The notes below the pieces were generated by a model. That model worked only from the letters and a program-made list of their open reading frames with translations, did not search any database and had not been told where the DNA came from. Source: Gemmatimonadales bacterium (GTDB lineage: Bacteria; Gemmatimonadota; Gemmatimonadetes; Gemmatimonadales; GWC2-71-9). Taken from it: a stretch of DNA of 64,000 bases. The DNA is taken from positions 91,062-155,061 of the forward strand of contig DATNMO010000059.1 in NCBI GenBank assembly GCA_035602245.1. Reading direction: 5' to 3'. A program made the translations under genes and the position numbers. Position 1 is the first letter of the stretch, and every line of letters starts with the position of its first letter. This document shows positions 19,028-27,437 of this stretch, piece after piece.

Positions 19028-19035
<8 letters not shown>
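18253..19035 (-). CDS. prmC: peptide chain release factor N5-glutamine methyltransferase
   Basis: It has the SAM-binding [11 protein letters not shown] motif and the catalytic NPPY motif (VSNPPYL). It lies immediately downstream of prfA, overlapping it by 8 nt. Confidence 0.9.
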
Positions 19036-20086
<1,051 letters not shown>

Positions 20087-20090
20087 GGGA

Positions 20091-20306
20091 TCAGCTCGCC
20101 TTGGTTGCGTACTTCTGGCGGAACCGCTCCACCCGTCCGGCGGTGTCCATGAGCTTCTGCTTTCCCGTGAAGAAGGGATGGCAGGCGGCGCAGATTTCGA
20201 CGTGGATGACGGGCGTCGTCGAGCGCGTGACGAAGCTATTGCCGCACGCGCACTGCACGCTGGCCCGCTGATATTTGGGGTGAATTCCGGGTTTCACTGC
20301 TCGCAT
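20091..20306 (-). CDS. rpmE: 50S ribosomal protein L31 (Zn-ribbon type)
   Basis: The 71-aa product [51 protein letters not shown] carries the CxC...CxxC motif. The ORF-track version to 20777 is an unconserved extension that runs antisense into crp. Confidence 0.95.
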   Translation of the reverse strand: MRAVKPGIHPKYQRASVQCACGNSFVTRSTTPVIHVEICAACHPFFTGKQKLMDTAGRVERFRQKYATKAS

Positions 20307-20391
20307 CCTTGCCTGAAAGTCGAATGAAATGAAGTGCGGAAATATAGCTGGCGCATTAACTTGGGGGCAAGGCTCAGCCCCCGGCGCTCGA

Positions 20392-20420
20392 TTGACAGCG
20401 TCCCGCCAACGGCGTAAAGT
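20392..20420 (+). promoter_or_regulatory. sigma-70-like promoter (TTGACA-17 bp-TAAAGT) placed to give a leaderless or near-leaderless crp-family mRNA
   Basis: TTGACA lies at 20392-20397. After an exact 17-bp spacer, TAAAGT lies at 20415-20420. The GTG start at 20427 is 7 nt downstream of the -10 element, and no Shine-Dalgarno sequence intervenes. Confidence 0.45.
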
Positions 20421-20426
20421 CTCCCC

Positions 20427-21098
20427 GTGTCCGCGGCCGACGTGCTCCAGAAAGTCCCACTGTTCAGCCAGCTTGCGCCCGCCGACCTGCAGCGGGTGGT
20501 GGAGGTCGCCCGCGACCGGACCTACCCCAAGAACTCCGTCATCTTGTTCGAAGACGATCCGGGCGATGCGTTGTACGTCGTCGCGAAGGGCCAGGTCAAG
20601 GTCGTCCTGATCGGCGAGGACGGCCGCGAAGTCATCCTCTCGGTGCTGGGTGGGGGAGAATTCTTCGGCGAGATGGCCCTCATCGACGACGAGCCGCGCT
20701 CCGCGCACGTCATCGCGATGGAGGACTCGACCCTCATCGTCCTGCGCCGCGAGGACTTTCAGGGCATCCTCATCCACGCGCCCGGCATCGCGCTCGCGCT
20801 GCTTCGCGAGCTGTCGCGCCGGCTACGACGCGTGGATGAAAAAGTCGGCAGCCTGGTGCTGCTCGACGTGCACGGCCGCGTCGCCCAGCTGCTGCTCGAC
20901 CTCGCCGACGAGACCGACGGCCAGCGCATCACGCGCCGCCTCACTCACCACACCATCGCGCAGATGATCGGCTCGTCGCGGGAGACCGTGTCGCGGACGA
21001 TGCGCGAGCTCGTGGACAAAGGGATGATCGATGTCAGCCGCAAGGATATCGTGATCCGCGATCGCGGGGCCCTGGAGCAAGCAGCGGGACGCTCGTGA
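20427..21098 (+). CDS. Crp/Fnr family transcriptional regulator (cyclic-nucleotide-binding domain plus HTH)
   Basis: The cNMP-binding fold is seen in [19 protein letters not shown]. The C-terminal HTH is [20 protein letters not shown]. Confidence 0.9.
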   Translation: MSAADVLQKVPLFSQLAPADLQRVVEVARDRTYPKNSVILFEDDPGDALYVVAKGQVKVVLIGEDGREVILSVLGGGEFFGEMALIDDEPRSAHVIAMEDSTLIVLRREDFQGILIHAPGIALALLRELSRRLRRVDEKVGSLVLLDVHGRVAQLLLDLADETDGQRITRRLTHHTIAQMIGSSRETVSRTMRELVDKGMIDVSRKDIVIRDRGALEQAAGRS

Positions 21099-21175
21099 GG
21101 CCCGTCACGGCGCGCGGGTGAGGCGGCGACTTGTTCCACGTGTCCGATTACCAGTAACTTAGCCCGAGTTACGGC

Positions 21176-22054
21176 GTGCCCAAACGCATGGCCTACACAG
21201 TGACCTTCTGGGGGACTCGGGGTAGCATTCCGACCCCCGGGGCCCAGACCGCGCGTTACGGCGGCAACACGCCGTGCGTGGCCGTCGAGGGCGCCGGGGG
21301 TCAGTTGGTCGTGCTGGATGCCGGGACCGGAATCCGGGCGTTGGGGCTGGAGCTGGTGGAGAAGCAGAACGGCGCCGTGAAGGTCGAGATCCTGCTGTCG
21401 CACGCGCACTGGGATCACATTCAGGGGTTGCCGCACTTCAAACCGTTTTTCGCCCCCGGCAACACGGTCCGCATCTGGGGCACGCGCCAAGGCACGGCAT
21501 CCTTGGAAGCAATTCTGCGACAACAGATGGATCCGGCGGTGTTCCCCGTTCCGCTCGACGCGCTGTCGGCGAAGTTGACGGTCCAGCAAGTGGACACGGA
21601 CGAATTTTCGATCGGCGAGTTCCGCGTCCGGACGACGAAGCTACGGCACCCGGGGACGACATTGGGTTTCCGGCTCACGCCCGCCAAGGGCGGGCCGAGC
21701 ATGGCGTATGTGACGGACAACGAGCTGGGACCCGGCGGCCACTACGACGTCGCTGCGACCTGGCGGCGCGACTTCGTGGCGTTCCTGCAGGGCGTCGAGC
21801 TTCTGATTCACGACGCGATGTACACGCCGAAGGAGCTCGAAGGCCACCGCGGCTGGGGCCATTCGACCTACGAAGAAGCGGTGGTCTTAGCGCAGGACGC
21901 CGGCGCGGCCAAGCTCGTGCTGTTCCATCACGAGCCCGAGCACGACGATGACGTGATGGATGGGCTGCTCGCTGCGGCCCGTCGCTATGCAAAGAAGCGG
22001 GGCGGGCCGCTCGAAGTGCTGGCCGCCGAAGAAGGCATGCAGGTGACCCTGTGA
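21176..22054 (+). CDS. MBL-fold metallo-hydrolase
   Basis: N-terminus FWGTRGSIPTPG..RYGGNTPCVAV, the HxHxDH motif (SHAHWDHIQGLP) and a C-terminal HHEP motif. ATG 21188 is an alternative start. Confidence 0.85.
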   Translation: MPKRMAYTVTFWGTRGSIPTPGAQTARYGGNTPCVAVEGAGGQLVVLDAGTGIRALGLELVEKQNGAVKVEILLSHAHWDHIQGLPHFKPFFAPGNTVRIWGTRQGTASLEAILRQQMDPAVFPVPLDALSAKLTVQQVDTDEFSIGEFRVRTTKLRHPGTTLGFRLTPAKGGPSMAYVTDNELGPGGHYDVAATWRRDFVAFLQGVELLIHDAMYTPKELEGHRGWGHSTYEEAVVLAQDAGAAKLVLFHHEPEHDDDVMDGLLAAARRYAKKRGGPLEVLAAEEGMQVTL

Positions 22055-22764
22055 CCCGAGGAGCAGATATGCGAGCGCGTGCAGTCGTGGCTGTGTTGAG
22101 CCTGATGCCGGTCTTCCTTGCGGCGCAGCAGCGCGGCCAGGACACCCGGCCGGGCATCGCCGTGCTGCCCTTCAGCAACGGCGGCTCCTACGGCCAAGGC
22201 AAAGAAGACTTCGAAGCGCTCGAGCGCGGGATCGCGGCCATGATGATCTCCGAGCTGGCGGCGAATCCCGCCGCCCGCGTCGTGGAGCGCGAAGCGATCC
22301 AGCGGCTGCTCGAGGAGCAGAACCTCGGCGCCCAGGGGCGCGTGGATCCCCAGACGGCGGCCCGCATCGGTAAGCTGGTCGGCGCGCGCTACGTGGTGCT
22401 GGGCACCTTCATCGATTTCTACGGCGACTTCCGGGTGGACGTCCGCCTCGTCAACACCGAGACGAGCGAGATCGTCAAGACCGAATCGGAACGGATGCAG
22501 CGCGATCACCTGTTCGACATCATCCGCACGATCTCGGCGCGTCTCATGAAGGACGCCAATCTGCCGCCGCTGCAGCGGCAGGCATCGGATCAGCGCATGG
22601 GCCGCCAAATTCCCACGGAGGCCCTGACGTACTATTCGCGCGCGCTTCTCTACCAGGACCGGGGACAGAAAGATAAGGCCGTCGAAATGTTCAACCGCGC
22701 GCTGGCCATCTTCCCCGAATACGCTGAGGCGCAGGAAGGCCTGCAGCGGGCGCAGCGGTCCTAA
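22051..22764 (+). CDS. CsgG/LpoB-like periplasmic or lipoprotein domain protein with a C-terminal TPR
   Basis: A signal peptide ending ..FLAAQQ is followed by IAVLPFSNGG...VVEREAIQRLLEEQNLGAQGRVDPQTAARIGKLVGARYVVLGTF, the CsgG/LpoB-type pattern. The C-terminus is a TPR (YYSRALLYQDRGQKDKAVEMFNRALAIFPEYAEA). Confidence 0.7.
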   Translation: MTRGADMRARAVVAVLSLMPVFLAAQQRGQDTRPGIAVLPFSNGGSYGQGKEDFEALERGIAAMMISELAANPAARVVEREAIQRLLEEQNLGAQGRVDPQTAARIGKLVGARYVVLGTFIDFYGDFRVDVRLVNTETSEIVKTESERMQRDHLFDIIRTISARLMKDANLPPLQRQASDQRMGRQIPTEALTYYSRALLYQDRGQKDKAVEMFNRALAIFPEYAEAQEGLQRAQRS

Positions 22765-22886
22765 CGGATCCGTTCAGTCGGCTCGGCAAGTCAGCAGCGC
22801 GCCGGCTCTCCCGCCTGGGAGCGCTGGCGCGCTTCGGCTTTGGCGCCCTGCGCGCGGCCACACGCCTCACGGCGGCCGGTCGGGCG

Positions 22887-23540
22887 GTGGCGCTGCGCAT
22901 CGCCGTACACCAGGTGCGGTTCACGGCGCTCCATGCGGTGGGGCTCGTCACCCTGCTCTCCGGCATCCTGTCCTTCTTGGTCATTTCCCAGGCCACCCGT
23001 GAGCTGGGGCGATTCGGGGCCACCGACTACATCGGCACGCTCATCGTCGTCGCGATCGTCCGCGAGCTCGGCCCGCTGCTCACCGCCTTGGTCGTGGTGG
23101 GCCGCTCGGGCACCGCGATCGCAGCCGAGCTCGCGACCAACCAGGTGCTGGGCGAAGTGCGCGCCCTGGAAGCGATGGGCATCGATCCCAAGCAATACCT
23201 CGTGCTGCCGCGGTTCGTGGGGTCGCTGGTGAGTATCTTCGCGTTGCTCGTGCTGTTCGACTTCGTGGCGGTCATGGCGGGCTTCGCAGCCGCGCGCTTC
23301 AATGGGATGCCGGGAGCGCGCTACTTCGACATCGTCCTGGAGTCGCTGCGGGCCCGCGACGTCTGGCTGACCATTTTCAAGGCGCTCGCCTTCGGGGCGA
23401 TCGTCGGTATCGTGCCGAGCTACTTCGGGCTCGCGGCGCGCCCCGCCCCCACCGAGATTCCGATCGCCGCGAGCCGCGCGGTGGTTGCCGCGATCGTGGG
23501 GATCTTTCTCTGCTCGGCGCTGTTCGTCGCCCTGGGCTGA
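22887..23540 (+). CDS. mlaE: MlaE-family ABC transporter permease
   Basis: It carries the conserved VRELGPLLTALVVVGRSGTAIAAELATNQVLGEVRALEAMGIDP motif. GTG 22887 is the first canonical start, but MlaE-like sequence appears to continue upstream in frame (see findings). Confidence 0.85.
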   Translation: MALRIAVHQVRFTALHAVGLVTLLSGILSFLVISQATRELGRFGATDYIGTLIVVAIVRELGPLLTALVVVGRSGTAIAAELATNQVLGEVRALEAMGIDPKQYLVLPRFVGSLVSIFALLVLFDFVAVMAGFAAARFNGMPGARYFDIVLESLRARDVWLTIFKALAFGAIVGIVPSYFGLAARPAPTEIPIAASRAVVAAIVGIFLCSALFVALG

Positions 23541-24233
23541 GTGATGACCATTCCCCACACCCCACTCCCCCTGGTCTTCGACGCCATCCCGCTGGCCCAC
23601 GTCGCGCAGCCATTTTCGCTGGAGGTCCCCGAGCGCCACACCGTGGTGGTGCTCGGCGATGAAGACGCGGGGATCGGACTGCTCGGCGGCTATGCGCTGG
23701 GGCTCGAGCGGCCTACAAGCGGCCGGGCGCTCGTGTTCGGCACGGACATCGCGAGCCTTCCGGAGCCGCAGCGCTTGGCGTTCCGACGGCGCGTCGGGTA
23801 CCTTCCGAGCGGCGACGGTCTGCTGCAGAATCTCTCCATTCGGGACAACGTTGCGCTGCCCCTGCGGTTCGGGAGCAGCGCGAGCCCGCGTGACATCGAG
23901 GGTCGCGTGAACGTCATGCTCACGGCCGTCCGGCTGACGGCGGTGGCCGCCCAGCGTCCCGCGCAGGCGAACGAGGAAGAACGGCGGCGCGCGGCGTTGA
24001 CCCGCGCGATCGCGTTCGATCCCGCGCTCCTCATTCTGGAGCAGCCGTTCGACGGCCTCACGGCCCGCGTGGCCTCGGAGCTCCTGGAGTTCGCGCGCGG
24101 TGGCGAGTCCGCGGAGGGGGCGCGCCGGACGATTTTCATCACCGGCCAGGAGATCCCGCAGGTGATCCTGCGGCGGGTGGACCGGGTGTACCGGCTCACC
24201 CGGCCCGGCGTGCTCGAACCCGAAACCGTCTGA
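23541..24233 (+). CDS. MlaF-like ABC ATPase-fold protein with degenerate catalytic motifs (predicted pseudo-ATPase)
   Basis: 230 aa, collinear with ABC NBDs (LSIRDNVALPLRF, RRAALTRAIAFDPALLILEQPFDGL). Walker A is GDEDAGIG (nt 23655-23678). The LSGG-equivalent is ANEE (nt 23967-23978). Walker B D-E is replaced by E-Q (nt 24027-24044). The H-loop is TGQ. Confidence 0.75.
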   Translation: MMTIPHTPLPLVFDAIPLAHVAQPFSLEVPERHTVVVLGDEDAGIGLLGGYALGLERPTSGRALVFGTDIASLPEPQRLAFRRRVGYLPSGDGLLQNLSIRDNVALPLRFGSSASPRDIEGRVNVMLTAVRLTAVAAQRPAQANEEERRRAALTRAIAFDPALLILEQPFDGLTARVASELLEFARGGESAEGARRTIFITGQEIPQVILRRVDRVYRLTRPGVLEPETV

Positions 24234-24245
24234 CCCGAGAGGCGA

Positions 24246-25151
24246 GTGGAGACGCGCCAGGATTTCTACGTCGGCCTGTTGATCGTGGTGACCATCGCGT
24301 TGGTCGTGGGCGCGCTGATCGCGACGAGCGGGTGGGGCGAGCGGCGCTACGATCTGTACCTGCGGGTCGCGAGCGCCGACGGGATCTCGCAGGGCACGCC
24401 GGTCCTCATCCTGGGCCTCGACGTGGGCCAGGTCACGAGTGTCTCACCCCGGGTAGACTCCGCCACGCGGCGCATCTCGTTCGTCGCCAAACTCTCCGTC
24501 AAGGAGCGCTTCCAAGACGGGTCGAGTCTGCAACTCCCCGTCGGCACGCGCGCCGAGCTGGTGCAGGCGAGCCAGATCTCGTCGGCGGTGGCCATCCGCC
24601 TACTGCTCCCCGATACCGTCGGTGCCCGTCGCACCTACCTGCACGCGGGCGATACCGTGGACTCGCGACGCCGCGGCAGCGCGCTCGAGGCGTTTACGGA
24701 AGTGGCCGACGAGCTGTCGCATGGCGTCCAGGAAATGGTGCGCACGGCCACGCAGACGCTCGTGCATGTGCAGGCCACCCTGCGCGACGTCACACCCGAC
24801 GTGGAGCGCACGCTCGGCAGCGTCGCCGCCACGATGGGCCGCCTCGATTCTCTGGTGGACCGGCTGGGGCGGCGGGGCTTCGCCGATTCGGTCGCCCTGG
24901 CCGTTGCGAACACCAACAAGCTGCTGCTGCGACTCGACAGCCTGGCGGGCGAAGCGCGGTCACTTACGATCGAGAACCGCAGCGATCTGCGTGAAACCGT
25001 GACGAACCTGACCGAGGCCGCGCGCCAGCTCAACCATTTCGTGGAGCAAATGTCGCGGCGGCCGCTGCGCGCACTCACCGGCGTGACGCCTCTGGCCCGC
25101 GACTCCGTGCGGCGTGACACCGCCCGCGGTTCGGGAGGATCGAAGCCCTGA
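24246..25151 (+). CDS. mlaD: MlaD/MCE family protein
   Basis: An N-terminal TM helix (FYVGLLIVVTIALVVGALIA) is followed by the MCE core (YDLYLRVASADGISQGTPVLILGLDVGQVTSV) and a helical C-terminal extension. Confidence 0.85.
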   Translation: METRQDFYVGLLIVVTIALVVGALIATSGWGERRYDLYLRVASADGISQGTPVLILGLDVGQVTSVSPRVDSATRRISFVAKLSVKERFQDGSSLQLPVGTRAELVQASQISSAVAIRLLLPDTVGARRTYLHAGDTVDSRRRGSALEAFTEVADELSHGVQEMVRTATQTLVHVQATLRDVTPDVERTLGSVAATMGRLDSLVDRLGRRGFADSVALAVANTNKLLLRLDSLAGEARSLTIENRSDLRETVTNLTEAARQLNHFVEQMSRRPLRALTGVTPLARDSVRRDTARGSGGSKP

Positions 25152-25174
25152 GATATCTCCTCCTGCACGCACCG

Positions 25175-27100
25175 ATGTGGCGGCCCGACGCCGTAGCACC
25201 GGCGCTCGAGACCTCGCAGGTCGAAGCCCGCGCGGTGCGGCAGGCCAAGGACCTCACCGTGGCCGATGACCGGCCCACCGTGTTCCTGCTCGATGGCGAG
25301 AGCCGCTCCGCCTTCCCCGTGGACGTGATGCGGTCATTCGTGGACGCGGGCGGGGCGATCGTGGCGGTCGCCCGCGACGGCGAGACCGATGTCCCCGAGG
25401 GCCTGCCGACCGAGTTTCTGTCGGGCTTCCTCACCCACCCGGCGAGCCCCCGGCGGCTGCTGGTCGCGATCCGGGCGGGGTTCCGCGAGGCGGCCGCGCG
25501 CGCCGAGACGGCGCGGGCGCGGGGAGAAGCGGCGCAACGCGCGCGCGAGATCGGCGAGTTGACGCGCATCGGGGTCGCGCTCGGGACGGAGCGGGATCTG
25601 AAGACGCTGCTCGACCTGATCCTCACTCAGGCGCGGCGCATCACCCAGTCCGACGCCGGCAGCCTCTACCTCGTGGAGCGCAGCGAGCAGGGCAACCAGC
25701 GGCTGCGGTTCCGGCTGGCGCAGACCTTTTCCAAGCCGGAAGCGCCGTTCGTCGAGTTCACGATTCCCGTGGACCGCACCAGCCTCGCAGGCTACTGCGC
25801 CGTCACGGGCGACCCGCTGGTCATCGACGACGCGTACTTCCTGCCGCCGGACGTCGAGTACACGATCAACCGCTCCTTCGACGAGCGCTACGGCTACCGC
25901 ACCAAGTCGATGCTGGTGATCCCCATGAAGGACCATAAGGAGGAGATCATCGGCGTGCTGCAGCTCATCAATCGCAAGCGCAACTTCGACGCGGTGCTCT
26001 CGACGCCCGCCGACGTCGAGCATCAAGTCGTGCCGTACTCCAAGCGCACGGTGGAGCTGGTGACTGCCCTAGCCGGCCAGGCGGCGGTGGCCATCGAGAA
26101 TAGCCGACTCTACGAGGACATCGAGCGCCTGTTCGAGGGATTCGTGCTGGCCGCGGTGCACGCCATCGAGCAGCGCGACCCCACGACGTACGGCCACAGC
26201 GGGCGCGTCGCGGGAATGACAGTGGGCCTCGCCGAGGTCGTGGACCGCGCGGACGATGGTCCCTACCGCAGCGTGAGGTTCACGCGCGAGCAAGTGAAGG
26301 AAATCCGCTACGCCGCGCTGCTCCACGACTTCGGCAAGGTCGGCGTGCGGGAGCAGGTGCTGGTGAAGGCGAAGAAGCTGTATCCGTCGGACCTGGGGCT
26401 CGTGCGTCACCGCCACGCGTTCATCCGCCGCACGGCGGAACGCGAGTTCTGGCGCAAGCGCGCCGAGTTCCTCGAGACGCACGGCAAAAAGGGCTACGAG
26501 AGCTTCGTGAAGGAGCTCGAGGACGCCCATGCGCAGGAGTTGAAGGAGCTCGACCGGTTTCTGGAGATGGTGCTGCAGGCGAACGAACCCAGCATCCTGC
26601 CGGATGGAAGCTTCGAGGAGCTGCAAGCCTGGTCGAAGCGGACCTATCTCGCGATGGACGGCGCGACGGAGCCGTTCCTGTCACCCGACGAGATGCGCTT
26701 CCTGACGATCCGCAAAGGCAGCCTCGACGATGCGGAACGGCACGAGATCGAGAGCCACGTCACGCACACGTTCCAGTTCCTGCAGCGCATTCCCTGGACG
26801 CGAGAGCTGCAGCAGATTCCGCTCATCGCCTACGGGCATCACGAAAAGATGGACGGCCGAGGCTACCCGCGGCGCATTACCGGCGAGGCCATTCCGATTC
26901 AGTCGCGAATGATGACGATCAGCGACATCTACGACGCGCTGACCGCGCAGGACCGGCCCTACAAGCGCGCCGTGTCGCTGGACCGGGCGCTGGACATCCT
27001 GGGCCACGAAGTGAAGGAAGGCCAGCTCGACGCCGACTTGTTCCGGCTCTTCATCGACGGCAAGGTGTTCCAGCGCAGCGCTACGACGCCAGAAGCTTGA
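25175..27100 (+). CDS. HD-GYP domain phosphohydrolase with GAF domain and an N-terminal receiver-like (apparently non-phosphorylatable) domain
   Basis: The GAF region includes RITQSDAGSLYLVE...MLVIPMKDHKEEIIGVLQLIN. The HD motif is LLHDFGKVGV and the GYP motif is HHEKMDGRGYP. Confidence 0.9.
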   Translation: MWRPDAVAPALETSQVEARAVRQAKDLTVADDRPTVFLLDGESRSAFPVDVMRSFVDAGGAIVAVARDGETDVPEGLPTEFLSGFLTHPASPRRLLVAIRAGFREAAARAETARARGEAAQRAREIGELTRIGVALGTERDLKTLLDLILTQARRITQSDAGSLYLVERSEQGNQRLRFRLAQTFSKPEAPFVEFTIPVDRTSLAGYCAVTGDPLVIDDAYFLPPDVEYTINRSFDERYGYRTKSMLVIPMKDHKEEIIGVLQLINRKRNFDAVLSTPADVEHQVVPYSKRTVELVTALAGQAAVAIENSRLYEDIERLFEGFVLAAVHAIEQRDPTTYGHSGRVAGMTVGLAEVVDRADDGPYRSVRFTREQVKEIRYAALLHDFGKVGVREQVLVKAKKLYPSDLGLVRHRHAFIRRTAEREFWRKRAEFLETHGKKGYESFVKELEDAHAQELKELDRFLEMVLQANEPSILPDGSFEELQAWSKRTYLAMDGATEPFLSPDEMRFLTIRKGSLDDAERHEIESHVTHTFQFLQRIPWTRELQQIPLIAYGHHEKMDGRGYPRRITGEAIPIQSRMMTISDIYDALTAQDRPYKRAVSLDRALDILGHEVKEGQLDADLFRLFIDGKVFQRSATTPEA

Positions 27101-27437
27101 CGGATACCAGCAACAGAAACACGCCAAAGGTCTTCCGCAGCATCACGTCCGAGATCGTCCCCGCCAGTCGCGCCCCGAAATAGGCGCCGATCAGCAGCCC
27201 GATGGCCACGATTGCCGCATAGGGCCAGTTGACCTGCTGCCGTTTGGAGTACTCCAGCACGCCGAGCAACCCGACGGGCAGCAGCAGCGCGGCGAGTGAC
27301 GTGCCGTGTGCCGTGTGTTGCGGCATCTTTGTGATGAAGACGAGGCCCGGGATGATGACGACCGCGCCGCCCACTCCGAAGAGTCCCGAGATGACGCCTG
27401 CCACGAGGCCAAGCACCGCCACCAATACCCACGTCAT
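27081..27437 (-). CDS. TauE/SafE (DUF81) family membrane protein, half-length
   Basis: 118 aa with multiple hydrophobic (TM) segments and the motif GLFGVGGAVVIIPGLVF. Its start overlaps the hyuB stop by 4 nt. Its 3' end overlaps the convergent HD-GYP gene by 20 nt. Confidence 0.75.
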   Translation of the reverse strand: MTWVLVAVLGLVAGVISGLFGVGGAVVIIPGLVFITKMPQHTAHGTSLAALLLPVGLLGVLEYSKRQQVNWPYAAIVAIGLLIGAYFGARLAGTISDVMLRKTFGVFLLLVSVKLLAS

